DNA of 32,000 nucleotides from Propionibacterium ruminifibrarum. GTDB taxonomy: Bacteria > Actinomycetota > Actinomycetes > Propionibacteriales > Propionibacteriaceae. Where the stretch lies: positions 301,206 through 333,205 of the forward strand of contig NZ_OMOH01000002.1 in NCBI RefSeq assembly GCF_900289195.1, given 5' to 3'. Below are positions 8,887 through 17,718 of the stretch, one piece after another. Position 1 is the first letter of the stretch. Each line of letters starts with the position of its first letter. A model generated the notes under the pieces. The model did no database searches and had not been told where the DNA came from. It worked only from the letters and a program-made list of their open reading frames with translations. Made by a program: the position numbers and the translations under genes.

Positions 8887-10152
8887 TCAGCGGCCGCCGG
8901 CGGCGTGGATGAGCGCCTCGGCGGCATCGAGGATGTAACGGGTCTGGCCCTGCCAGTCGACCTCCTGGCCGCGGTACGGCCCAGTGGCCAGGGAGATGGC
9001 GACCCCGGCGGCCCTCAGACGCAGCTGGACGGGGTCGACGCGGTGGTCGAAGACCTCCAGCAGGTCGTTGCGCAGCACCGTCACCCGGGCCGTCTGCACC
9101 GGGTCCATGCGCTGCACGGTCGACAGGTGCGCGATGAGGCAGGCCAGGTCGTCCACGCGCTGACCGGGCCCGCAGGCGTCGACGTCGAGGAGTCCGACGA
9201 TCCGCCCGGCGGCCAGATGGACCTGGCCCTCGTGGAAGTCCCCGTGGGTGGGTTCGGTGCCGTAGCCCGAGCCGGTGATGCCGCCGGCGATGGTGGACGT
9301 CATGGCCTCCAGGCGCTCCGTCTCGGCGGGCAGCTGGGTGGCGACGATGCCCGCGTAGTGCGCCGTGGCGTCGGCCCACGCGGCACGCCGCGGCAGGGTG
9401 GAGAGCTCACTGGGCAGGGCGTCGAGCAGCGCGACGATCTGCTCACCTCTCACCTGCGGTTCCGGTTCGAAGAGCAGACGGGCCATGGGCAGGCCGGGGA
9501 GGGCCTCGGTGATGAGCAGATGGTCTGCGGTGACCCCCATGATCCGGGGCACGGGCAGGCCGGCGCGGGCCAGGATCTCCTGCCGCGAGACGGTCCGGTC
9601 GAGCTGCTCGGGCCCCTGCGCCTTGACGTAGAAGCTCGACCCGCCGGCGACATCGATTCTGATGACGGCACGCCGCCTGGGCCGGTAGCTGATGACGGTG
9701 ATGGTCAGCCTCGCCGGATCGAGGTCACCGGCGATCAGCCCGCGGCGGGCCAGGATGCCGAGGGCCGAGTCGGCCCGGGTGATGCGCGCCAGCCCCGGCA
9801 GGTCGGGGTCATCGGGGTAGATCCAGGTGGCCACCCGGTGGCCGTGTCGTTCGAAGATCTGGGCGCCGGCGTCCTCGGCCGTGGGCCCGCCGAGGCGGGC
9901 GGTGATGCCGACGAGTTCCGTCCGTCCCGCGTCACCGGCGATCTGCGCCTGGTAGGTGACGGTGAGTGCCCTGCCGGGCTCGTGATCGACGTGGTCGAGT
10001 CTGGCACCGGTCATTTCACGGCCCCGCGCGGCCAGCACGGCCGAGACGAGCCCGATGGCTCCGGGTCCGGTCAGCTCCGCCACGATGCGGGCGTCCTCGC
10101 GCGCGGCGCGCGCCGACGCGCCGATGTGGGGGGCTGACCGGTCGAGTATCAC
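8887..10152 (-). CDS. Phosphotransferase-family kinase (APH/choline-kinase/maltokinase-like fold)
   Basis: This is a 421-aa protein. The catalytic loop is THGDFHEGQVHL and the metal-binding motif is LLDVDACGPGQRVDDLA. The GTG start at 10152 overlaps the stop codon of the upstream CNNM gene (GTGA). Confidence 0.75.
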   Translation of the reverse strand: MILDRSAPHIGASARAAREDARIVAELTGPGAIGLVSAVLAARGREMTGARLDHVDHEPGRALTVTYQAQIAGDAGRTELVGITARLGGPTAEDAGAQIFERHGHRVATWIYPDDPDLPGLARITRADSALGILARRGLIAGDLDPARLTITVISYRPRRRAVIRIDVAGGSSFYVKAQGPEQLDRTVSRQEILARAGLPVPRIMGVTADHLLITEALPGLPMARLLFEPEPQVRGEQIVALLDALPSELSTLPRRAAWADATAHYAGIVATQLPAETERLEAMTSTIAGGITGSGYGTEPTHGDFHEGQVHLAAGRIVGLLDVDACGPGQRVDDLACLIAHLSTVQRMDPVQTARVTVLRNDLLEVFDHRVDPVQLRLRAAGVAISLATGPYRGQEVDWQGQTRYILDAAEALIHAAGGR

Positions 10153-11627
10153 GGGATCACACCCGGGATCCGTTCATCGGCGTGCTCCACCCCGGCTGCC
10201 GGGTGGGCGAGCGCCCGTGGGTCAACGGCTGGGACGGCCGGGCTGGAGTCCAGGTCACCGGCGGCCTGATCGCCGGTGGGGGCCGCGGGGTGACTGCCCT
10301 CGGCGGGCAGGGCCTGGACACTGAGCCAGGCGATGCGCCGCCCATCCATCTGGGTGACGCTCATCTGGAACAGGTCCTCGGGTGCGGCCTCATCGCCGGA
10401 GCCGTCGGCCCCGGCCGGGGCCAGGGCGACGGTGATCGTCTCACCGACCTTCGGGATGGCCCCGACCCGGGCCATGAAGTATCCGGCCAGCGTGTCATAG
10501 GGCCCCTCGGGGAGCAGGTGACCGGTGAGGTCGGCGAAATCCTCGAGTGTGGTCATGCCGTCGATGTCACGTTCCAGGCGGTGACGGCGGGTCTCGGGGT
10601 CGATGACGTCGTACTCGTCGGTGATGTCCCCGATGAGCTCCTCGACGAGGTCCTCGAGCGTCACGATGCCCGCGGTGCCGCCGTACTCGTCCAGGACGAT
10701 GGCCAGGTGCGAGTGGGCTCGGCGCATGTCGGACAGGGCGCGCGGGACGCGCACCGTCTCGGGCAGGCGGAGCACCGGGCGGACGATGCGGTGCAGCCTG
10801 GTGCCGCGGGCATTCGCCGCGGGTCCCATCAGGTCGCGGACGTGCAGGAAACCGAGCACCTTGTCGGGCGAGCCGTCGATGACGGGATAACGGCTGTGCG
10901 GGAAGCTCTGAACCCGGGCCATGGCCTCCGCGACGGTCATGTCACCGGGCAGGAACTCGACCTCGGTGCGGGGCACCATGACCTCGCGGATCGAGTGCTC
11001 GCCGGCGCTGAAGACCTCGTCGACGATGTGCTTCTGGTCGGCGCCCAGCGAGTTCGCGTTGATCACCATGGCGCGCAGTTCCTCGTCGCTGACCGCCTCC
11101 TTGCTGGCCTCCGGGTCCATGCCGGCAAGCCGCACAAGCAGGTTGGTGCAGAAACCGAGCGCCCAGATGAGGGGACGGAAGAAGCGGGCGATCCCGTTGA
11201 TGAAGGGGGCCAGGGCAAGGGCGATCGTCTCGGGGCGCTGCAGGGCGAGACGTTTGCTGAACAGCTCGCTGATGACGATGGAGCCGAACGAGATGAGTGC
11301 CGTGACGACGATGACGGCCAGCACCCTGGCAGCGGACGCGCTGAGACCCCAGCCGGCGAGCAGGGGCGCCACCCACTCCCCCGCCAGCGAGTCGGAACCG
11401 AACGCCGATGACAGGAAACCGGCCAGTGTCACGCCGATCTGCACCGCGGAGAGGAAGCGGTTGGGGTTGCCCGTCAGCTGCTCGACGGCCCTGCCGCGGC
11501 TGCCGCGCCGGGCGAGCGAGGCGATCTGGCTCTCGCGCAGGGAGACGAGGGCCATCTCGGCGGCCGAGAAGACACCGCCGATGAAGAACAGCAGGAGGAT
11601 CAGCCCGATGGACGCCCACAGCGGCAT
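10149..11627 (-). CDS. CNNM/DUF21-CBS-CorC_HlyC family transporter (hemolysin-like, putative Mg2+/Co2+ efflux)
   Basis: The N-terminal DUF21 membrane domain contains FSAAEMALVSL. A CBS pair follows (IREVMVPRTEVEFL, PVIDGSPDKVLGFLHVRDL, HLAIVLDEYGGTAGIVTLEDLVEELIG). The CorC_HlyC C-terminal domain contains DTLAGYF. Confidence 0.9.
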   Translation of the reverse strand: MPLWASIGLILLLFFIGGVFSAAEMALVSLRESQIASLARRGSRGRAVEQLTGNPNRFLSAVQIGVTLAGFLSSAFGSDSLAGEWVAPLLAGWGLSASAARVLAVIVVTALISFGSIVISELFSKRLALQRPETIALALAPFINGIARFFRPLIWALGFCTNLLVRLAGMDPEASKEAVSDEELRAMVINANSLGADQKHIVDEVFSAGEHSIREVMVPRTEVEFLPGDMTVAEAMARVQSFPHSRYPVIDGSPDKVLGFLHVRDLMGPAANARGTRLHRIVRPVLRLPETVRVPRALSDMRRAHSHLAIVLDEYGGTAGIVTLEDLVEELIGDITDEYDVIDPETRRHRLERDIDGMTTLEDFADLTGHLLPEGPYDTLAGYFMARVGAIPKVGETITVALAPAGADGSGDEAAPEDLFQMSVTQMDGRRIAWLSVQALPAEGSHPAAPTGDQAAGDLDSSPAVPAVDPRALAHPAAGVEHADERIPGVIP

Positions 11628-11774
11628 GTCAGCATCCCCTCGTGGCGTCGGCGGCGGAACGAGCCTGACTGTGCCCCTCCGAATCGGGGCCGGCCTCGAG
11701 GGAGACGCTTCGGGCGTGCAGGTGGCTCACGTGTTCAGGATATCCGCACCGCACGGGCCCTGGGCGGATGACGC

Positions 11775-11812
11775 GGGTCCGCCTCCGGGTGGGCCCCGTC
11801 CGGGGCGGACCC
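11775..11812 (-). terminator. Stem-loop immediately after the icd stop codon
   Basis: GGGTCCGCC (11775-11783) pairs with GGCGGACCC (11804-11812). The stem can be extended with one mismatch. There is no U-tract, which is common in high-GC actinobacteria. Confidence 0.45.
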
Positions 11813-13027
11813 TCAGGCCAGCGCCCGGGCCAGTTCCTCGTCGAGAGCGGCGAGGAACTGTTCGGTGGTCAGCCAGGGCTGGTCGTCACCGACCAGCAGC
11901 GCCAGGTCCTTGGTCATCCGCCCGGACTCGACGGTCTGGACGCAGACCCTCTCGAGGGTTCTGGCGAACTCGGTGACCTCGGGGGTGCCGTCGAGGGCGC
12001 CGCGGTGCTTCAACCCGCCGGTCCACGCGAAGATCGAGGCGATCGGATTGGTGCTGGTGGCCTCGCCGCGCTGGTGGGCGCGGTAGTGGCGGGTGACGGT
12101 GCCGTGGGCGGCCTCGGCCTCGACGGTGCGCCCGTCGGGTGTCATGAGGACGGAGGTCATGAGACCCAGCGAGCCGAAGCCCTGGGCGACGGTGTCGGAC
12201 TGGACGTCGCCGTCGTAGTTCTTGCAGGCCCACACGTAGCCGCCCTCCCACTTGAGGGCGCTGGCGACCATGTCGTCGATGAGGCGGTGCTCGTAGGTCA
12301 GCCCGGCGGCGGTGAACCGGTCCTTGTACTCCTCGTCGAAGACGCGGGCGAAGATGTCCTTGAAACGGCCGTCGTAGGCCTTGAGGATCGTGTTCTTGGT
12401 GGACAGGTACACCGGGTAGCCGCGCTGCAGGCCGTAGTTGAAGCAGGCGCGCGCGAAGCCCTCGATGGACGTGTCCAGGTTGTACTGCACCTGGGCGATG
12501 CCGGAGCCCGGGTAGTCGTAGACGACGTGCTCGATGGGTTCGGACCGGTCAGCCGGGGTGAAGGTGACGGTGAGGCGGCCGGGGCCGGGCACACGGAAAT
12601 CGGTGGCCCGGTACTGGTCGCCGAAGGCGTGACGGGCGACGACGATCGGCTTGGTCCAGCCGGGCACCAGGCGCGGGATGTTCGAGATGACGATGGGCTC
12701 GCGGAAGATCGTGCCGCCCAGGATGTTGCGGATCGTGCCGTTGGGCGAGCGCCACATCTTCTTCAGGCCGAACTCTTCGACGCGGGCCTCGTCCGGGGTG
12801 ATGGTGGCGCACTTGACACCGACGCCGTGTTTCCTGATCGCCTGGGCGGCGTCGATGGTGATCTGGTCGTTGGTGGCGTCCCTGCTGGTGATGCCCAGGT
12901 CGTAGTACTCGAGGTTGACGTCCAGGTACGGCAGGATGAGGCGGTCCTTGATGAACTGCCAGATGACACGGGTCATCTCGTCGCCGTCCAGTTCGACGAC
13001 GGTTCCCTCGACCTTGATCCTGCCCAT
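11813..13027 (-). CDS. icd: NADP-dependent isocitrate dehydrogenase (homodimeric, eukaryote-like subfamily II)
   Basis: The 404-aa protein starts [36 protein letters not shown]. Further signatures are [17 protein letters not shown] and NYDGDVQSD. The ATG at 13027 was verified. The upstream 269 codons of the track ORF are antisense to mdh. Confidence 0.97.
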   Translation of the reverse strand: MGRIKVEGTVVELDGDEMTRVIWQFIKDRLILPYLDVNLEYYDLGITSRDATNDQITIDAAQAIRKHGVGVKCATITPDEARVEEFGLKKMWRSPNGTIRNILGGTIFREPIVISNIPRLVPGWTKPIVVARHAFGDQYRATDFRVPGPGRLTVTFTPADRSEPIEHVVYDYPGSGIAQVQYNLDTSIEGFARACFNYGLQRGYPVYLSTKNTILKAYDGRFKDIFARVFDEEYKDRFTAAGLTYEHRLIDDMVASALKWEGGYVWACKNYDGDVQSDTVAQGFGSLGLMTSVLMTPDGRTVEAEAAHGTVTRHYRAHQRGEATSTNPIASIFAWTGGLKHRGALDGTPEVTEFARTLERVCVQTVESGRMTKDLALLVGDDQPWLTTEQFLAALDEELARALA

Positions 13028-13273
13028 TGCTGCGCCTTCCGCCTCGGTGCCTCTCGATGTCAAGATATCCGACGGCTCTGGTTCGCGGCCTCCCCGACCA
13101 CGCACTGGGCCATGCCGCGACGACCCCGGCGCCGGCGGACGGCAGACCCAGCCACGGGGCCGGAGCGGTTCGGGCACGACCGCACGAATGAGCGGCCCCC
13201 TGCCCGCCACGAGAACGCCGTCACGCGGTAGTGTCAGCGTTAACTCACCTACTCGATGGACGAGGAGAATCTC

Positions 13274-14260
13274 TTGAGCACTACACCCGTCAAGGTTGCC
13301 GTCACCGGCGCCGCCGGCCAGATCTGCTACAGCCTGTTGTTCCGCATCGCCTCCGGTTCGCTGCTCGGCGACACCCCAGTCGAACTCCGCCTGCTCGAGA
13401 TCACCCCGGCTCTGCCGCGCCTCGAGGGCGTCGTCATGGAGCTGGACGACTGCGCATTCCCGAATCTCGCCGGCGTTGAGATCGGTGACGACCCCGAGAA
13501 GGTCTTCGACGGCGTCAACCTGGCCATGCTCGTCGGCGCCATGCCCCGCAAGGAGGGCATGGACCGCAGTGATCTGCTGAGCGCCAACGGCAAGATCTTC
13601 ACCGCTCAGGGCTCGGCCCTCAACAAGGTCGCCGCCTCGGACGTGAAGGTGCTCATCACCGGCAACCCGGCCAACACCAATGCGCTGATCGCCATGGACA
13701 ACGCTCCCGACATCCCGAACGAGCGGTTCAGCGCCCTGACCCGCCTCGATCACAACCGCGCCAAGACGCAGCTGGCGAAGAAGCTGGGCGTCAACGTCGG
13801 CGAGATCACGAACATGACCATCTGGGGCAACCACTCCAACACCCAGTACCCCGACCTGTTCAACGCCAAGGTCGGCGGCAAGTGCGCCTACGACCTGGTC
13901 AACGACCAGGCCTGGTACGAGAACGAGTACATCCCCACCGTCGCCAAGCGCGGCGGTGCCGTGATCAAGGCCCGCGGCGCCTCCTCGGCTGCTTCGGCGG
14001 CCAATGCGACCGTCGAGGCCATGCGCGACTGGGTGTACGGCACGCCCGAGAATGACTGGGTCTCGATGTCGGTCGTCTCCGACGGCTCCTACGGGGTCCC
14101 CGAGGGCCTCATCTCCTCGTTCCCCGTCACCGTCACCGACGGCAAGTACCAGATCGTCCAGGGGCTGGAGATCAACGACTTCGGCAAGCAGAAGATCGCC
14201 GAGACCGTCGAGGAACTCCAGACCGAGCAGGGCGCCGTGCGCGAACTCGGCCTCATCTGA
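13274..14260 (+). CDS. mdh: Malate dehydrogenase
   Basis: Signatures are [33 protein letters not shown] and [14 protein letters not shown] at 13274 lies 6 nt after GAGGAG (13262-13267) and gives an [13 protein letters not shown]-terminus of the usual length. ATG at 13256 is the alternative start. Confidence 0.96.
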   Translation: MSTTPVKVAVTGAAGQICYSLLFRIASGSLLGDTPVELRLLEITPALPRLEGVVMELDDCAFPNLAGVEIGDDPEKVFDGVNLAMLVGAMPRKEGMDRSDLLSANGKIFTAQGSALNKVAASDVKVLITGNPANTNALIAMDNAPDIPNERFSALTRLDHNRAKTQLAKKLGVNVGEITNMTIWGNHSNTQYPDLFNAKVGGKCAYDLVNDQAWYENEYIPTVAKRGGAVIKARGASSAASAANATVEAMRDWVYGTPENDWVSMSVVSDGSYGVPEGLISSFPVTVTDGKYQIVQGLEINDFGKQKIAETVEELQTEQGAVRELGLI

Positions 14261-14277
14261 TCACTGTTCTGCGACCG

Positions 14278-14314
14278 CATCGGCGGGTCGTCCCCGGTGG
14301 GCGGCCCGCCGATG
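14278..14314 (+). terminator. Stem-loop between the convergent mdh and LCP genes
   Basis: CATCGGCGGG (14278-14287) pairs with CCCGCCGATG (14305-14314), with a 17-nt loop. Confidence 0.4.
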
Positions 14315-14354
14315 TGCGTTGGCGCCGACTGCGGCCTCGTCCTGGCAGGCGGGT

Positions 14355-15284
14355 TCAGAGGTGACAGGTCTGGGTGTAACCGATCTGCTCGGTGTAGGCG
14401 CGGGTCTCCGGGGTGACCTCGGAGAAGGAGCCGTCGGCGCTCTCGGCGAGCGGCAGTTCCCGCGCCTCGGCATCGGAGGCCCCGGCGAGCGAGGCCAGCT
14501 GCCACAGATGGGTTCTGGTGTCGAGCTGGATGTCCGGGGCGATCCGCCATCCCAGGCGGGCCCAGCTGCCCGGCTGCGTCTTCAGCCGGGCGGCGATGGT
14601 GCCGAAGACCTCGCCGGCCCGGCGGGCGCGACCGGCCTGGCCCTCCGGGTCGTCCACCCAGGCTCCGTCGATGAGCACCTGGCCCTGACGGCTGCGCACG
14701 TAGGCCAGCGCCGTCTGGCCGTCGACGTGATGCGTGCCGGCGGTGATGTCGAGACCGGCCCGCTCGTCGCGCTTGTCGTGCTGGACGGTGATGTCGATGC
14801 CGCCGAGGGCGTCCACGAGTTCGACGAAGGCCCGCAGGTTGACCGCCACCACGTGGTCGGCGGGGATGTTGAGCGTCAGGCAGGTCTGGTCGACGAGGGT
14901 CTGCGGGTCGTCGCGCCAGGCCAGGCCGAGCCGGCCCGGCAGGTTCTTGGCCGCTTGGTAGTGCACGTCGCGTCGAACGCTCGTCAGGTGCCACTGGCCG
15001 CCGCTGCGCGTGGCGACGAGGATGACGTCGGCGTTGGCGACGGCATCGCGGTGCCCGTCCTGGTCGCCGATGTCGGTGCCCTCGGCCTGCTGCGTCCGGT
15101 CGTCGAGCCCCAGGATCAGCCACGTGCTCGGCCCGTCGGCTTCGGGCATGCGCAGCTCGGCGTCGGCGAAGCGACGATCGGCCACTCCCACCGCGGTGGC
15201 GCACAGCAGGGCGAGAAGAACGACCAGGGCCACCAGGCACGACAACACCCGGTGGCGTCGGATGAGACCACCGGGTGCTGTCAT
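14355..15284 (-). CDS. LytR-CpsA-Psr (LCP) family cell-envelope phosphotransferase
   Basis: An N-terminal TM anchor is present (VLSCLVALVVLLALLCATAV). LCP core blocks follow: WLILGLDDR, DVILVATR, LTSVRRD and NLRAFVELVDALGGIDI. Confidence 0.85.
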   Translation of the reverse strand: MTAPGGLIRRHRVLSCLVALVVLLALLCATAVGVADRRFADAELRMPEADGPSTWLILGLDDRTQQAEGTDIGDQDGHRDAVANADVILVATRSGGQWHLTSVRRDVHYQAAKNLPGRLGLAWRDDPQTLVDQTCLTLNIPADHVVAVNLRAFVELVDALGGIDITVQHDKRDERAGLDITAGTHHVDGQTALAYVRSRQGQVLIDGAWVDDPEGQAGRARRAGEVFGTIAARLKTQPGSWARLGWRIAPDIQLDTRTHLWQLASLAGASDAEARELPLAESADGSFSEVTPETRAYTEQIGYTQTCHL

Positions 15285-15304
15285 GGTGATGGACGCGCGG
15301 GGCG

Positions 15305-16168
15305 TCAGTGCTTGCGGCGCAGGACCGCGGCACCGGCACCGGCCGCGATCACGCCGGCCAGGCCGAGACCGGCCAGGTCAGCGGCGTCAGAACCGGTCTT
15401 CGGCAGGGCCTGGGGGCGGTCGCTGCTGGTGTTGGTCACGGGGGTGTCGCTCGGAACCGACTCATCGGTGCCGGCAGTGGCCTCACTGTTGTCACCGGCG
15501 GTCTCGGGGGCGTCCCAGTAGTAGCCGGTGCTGGCCATGATCGAGTTGCCCCCGGCATCGGTACCGACGGCCTCGAGACGGAAGTTGCCGCTCTCGTCGT
15601 AGGGCAGGACGACGGACAGCGTGATGTTGCCGCTCTCGTCGGCGGTGATGGTCCAGGTGTGCAGGACGGTGTCAGAGGCGCGGTTGTAGTCGGCATCGGC
15701 GTCGTACAGGTTGACCGTCACCTCGGAGTTCGGGGCGTAACCCGAGCCGGTGATCTCGACGGTGTCGCCCGAGGTCCACGAGGACGGGGTGATGTCGAGC
15801 ACGCCCTCCTGGTTCACCGAGTCGCTCGCCGAGGCCTCGGTGGCGTTGGCGTCGTAGGTGTTGCAGTACAGCTCGGCGGTGACGACGCCCGTACCGATGT
15901 AACCGATCTGGACGGTGTCAGTCTGGGCGGTGCCGTCGTGGCTGGGCACCTCGACGGCACCCTGCTCGACGCCGCCGAGGGAGACGACGATGTTGCCGCC
16001 CCAGCCGTCGGCGCAGTTCACGTCGGCCGTGATGTCATGGGCCGAGGGCTGGTTCAGGGTCAGGGTGTCGGCGGGGTTCGCCATGGCACTGCCCGCGCCC
16101 AGCACGATCCCCGCGCCCACGAGGGCTGCGGTGGAAAGACCGGCCGCGGTCTTCTTCAGAATCGACAT
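15305..16168 (-). CDS. LPXTG-anchored secreted surface protein
   Basis: The ATG at 16168 lies ~11 nt after AGGAG. The signal peptide is MSILKKTAAGLSTAALVGAGIVLGAGSAMA. A Ser/Thr/Asp-rich stalk is followed by LPKTG (15392-15406), a hydrophobic segment and an RRKH tail. The upstream 45 codons of the track ORF are low-GC and not credible. Confidence 0.85.
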   Translation of the reverse strand: MSILKKTAAGLSTAALVGAGIVLGAGSAMANPADTLTLNQPSAHDITADVNCADGWGGNIVVSLGGVEQGAVEVPSHDGTAQTDTVQIGYIGTGVVTAELYCNTYDANATEASASDSVNQEGVLDITPSSWTSGDTVEITGSGYAPNSEVTVNLYDADADYNRASDTVLHTWTITADESGNITLSVVLPYDESGNFRLEAVGTDAGGNSIMASTGYYWDAPETAGDNSEATAGTDESVPSDTPVTNTSSDRPQALPKTGSDAADLAGLGLAGVIAAGAGAAVLRRKH

Positions 16169-16293
16169 AGTCAGGGTTCTCCTAGTGGTTCTGGGCGCAC
16201 CACCCTGGCACACCCGGAAGTGATCCCACCCTAAGACAATTCTCGGATTTCTCTCAAGAAACCCACGAAAATGGCTCCTCACTTTCTCCACCT

Positions 16294-16302
16294 GATATAG
16301 CA
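16294..16302 (-). promoter_or_regulatory. Extended -10-like element (TGCTATATC on the minus strand) inside the AT-rich spacer
   Basis: The reverse complement of 16294-16302 reads TGCTATATC, which fits the TGn + TAnnnT pattern. It would give a ~120-nt leader for the LPXTG gene. This is a sequence match only. Confidence 0.3.
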
Positions 16303-16481
16303 TAATACCTTGTCGCGTTAGCTTTGAGATAATAAATTGAATTATCCATCATCTCAGCTGGAGAGAAGAATTTCTCAGTAGAACGCCCTGATGAGCCGTA
16401 GGGGGAAGCCATTCGGGGCGGCCTCACCGGCACGTCCGTGAGCACGACGCGGGGCCCACGGAGACGGCAGCGCGGTCGGCG

Positions 16482-16835
16482 TCACTGGGGCGGGACGACG
16501 AGCGCCACGAGCCAGATGATGGCGCCTGCCCCGAGCATGCACAGCACGTCGAACCAGCGTTTGCGCACCGCGAGCATGCCGGCCCACCGGGTCGGCAGCG
16601 CCCAGCGGACGATCCCCGCGGCCAGGGCGGCCGCCCCCATGACGAAGGCGCCGCGCCGCCAGTGCCCCGAGGCGGCGACGACCATACCGGCGACGAACAG
16701 GGCCAGAACGGCCAGGGCCGGCGCCTGGAACCGGCGCGGTCCGACCGCGGGGTCGGCTCCGAGCGGGGCGACCCGCTCGGCCGGGGGAAGATCCGTGGGC
16801 AGCATGGGCTCCTGCCCGGGCTCGGTGGTGCTCAC
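16482..16835 (-). CDS. Small integral membrane protein (DUF3017-like) coupled to folD
   Basis: Three to four hydrophobic helices are present (ALAVLALFVAGMVVAA, FVMGAAALAAGIV, VLCMLGAGAIIWLVALVV). GTG at 16835 lies 2 nt after the folD stop codon; ATG at 16805 is the alternative start. As far as I recall, a small membrane protein gene also follows folD in mycobacteria. Confidence 0.6.
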   Translation of the reverse strand: MSTTEPGQEPMLPTDLPPAERVAPLGADPAVGPRRFQAPALAVLALFVAGMVVAASGHWRRGAFVMGAAALAAGIVRWALPTRWAGMLAVRKRWFDVLCMLGAGAIIWLVALVVPPQ

Positions 16836-16837
16836 GG

Positions 16838-17695
16838 CTACTGCAGGACCGCCAGCGCCTCGGCGCGGTCGACCACGTTGGCCAGCAGCATCGCACGCGT
16901 CATCGGGCCGATACCGCCGGGGTTGGGCGTGACATGACTGGCGACGTCCCACACGTCATCGGTGGCGTCTCCGACCGGCTTGCCGTTGACGCGGGTGACG
17001 CCCACGTCGACGACGACGGCGCCCGGTTTGATCATGCTGGCGGTGATGAGCCCGGGGCGGCCTGCGGCACCGATGACGATGTCCGCCCGGCGGGTGTGCT
17101 CGGCGAGATCCCTGGTACCGGTGTGGCACAGCGTGACCGTCGCGTTGTTCTCGCGCGCGGTGAGCAGCAACCCCAGCGGACGCCCGACCGTGGTCCCGCG
17201 CCCGATGACGCACACGTCCGCTCCGTCGAGCGGGATCTCGTAGCGGCGCAGGAGCTCGACGATGCCGCGGGGCGTGCACGGCACCGGCCCGGGCTGGCCG
17301 AGGACGAGCCTGCCGAGGTTGTCCGCGGTGAGGCCGTCGGCGTCCTTGTCGGGGTCGATGAGCTCGAGCACCCAGGTGGGATCGATGTGGGACGGCAGCG
17401 GCAGCTGCACGATGTAGCCGGTGCACATGGTCGAGTCGTTGAGCACCCGGATCGACCGTTCGACCTGCTCGGGGGTCGCGTCGGCCGTCAGATCGACCCG
17501 GAACGACTCGATGCCCACCTGTTCGCAGTCACTGTGCTTGCCGTTGACGTAGATCTGGCTGGCGGGGTCGTCCCCGACCAGGACGGTGCCCAGACCCACG
17601 GTCACGCCCTGCTCGCGCAGGGCGTCGACGCGCACCTTGAGCTCGGCCTTGATCTGGTCGGCAACGGCCCTGCCATCCATCCGAATTGCTGTCAT
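16838..17695 (-). CDS. folD: Bifunctional methylenetetrahydrofolate dehydrogenase/methenyl-THF cyclohydrolase
   Basis: Signatures are [43 protein letters not shown] and [12 protein letters not shown]. The ATG at 17695 gives MTAIRMDG. Confidence 0.96.
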   Translation of the reverse strand: MTAIRMDGRAVADQIKAELKVRVDALREQGVTVGLGTVLVGDDPASQIYVNGKHSDCEQVGIESFRVDLTADATPEQVERSIRVLNDSTMCTGYIVQLPLPSHIDPTWVLELIDPDKDADGLTADNLGRLVLGQPGPVPCTPRGIVELLRRYEIPLDGADVCVIGRGTTVGRPLGLLLTARENNATVTLCHTGTRDLAEHTRRADIVIGAAGRPGLITASMIKPGAVVVDVGVTRVNGKPVGDATDDVWDVASHVTPNPGGIGPMTRAMLLANVVDRAEALAVLQ

Positions 17696-17718
17696 ACGGC
17701 ACACACCTTGTCTCGAGG

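Noticed and set aside
11738-13070. Shared minus-strand motif GGATATCCTGAACAC (around 11738-11745, upstream of the CNNM gene) and GGATATCTTGACATC (around 13063-13070, upstream of icd). The latter contains a TTGACA -35-like hexamer.
   Set aside because: There are only two copies with 11/15 identity, at different distances from the start codons (~110 versus ~35 nt). No acceptable -10 box lies 16-18 nt downstream of the TTGACA. This is insufficient to call a promoter or operator.
16388-16395. CTGATGAG, the hammerhead ribozyme core box, on the + strand just right of the AT-rich segment.
   Set aside because: No properly placed GAAA box follows. A stem II closing after GCCG...CGGC is followed by CTCACC instead of GAAA, and there is no stem I/III arrangement. 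An 8-mer match alone is expected by chance.
16254-16445. 63-aa minus-strand ORF, including the inner 32-aa MMDNSIYYLKANATRYYAISGGESEEPFSWVS, spanning the AT-rich segment.
   Set aside because: It has no ribosome-binding site, mixed composition (a GC-rich 5' half overlapping the downstream region of the folD cluster), no recognisable family, and it overlaps the likely promoter and leader of the LPXTG gene. Ribosome profiling could revisit this.
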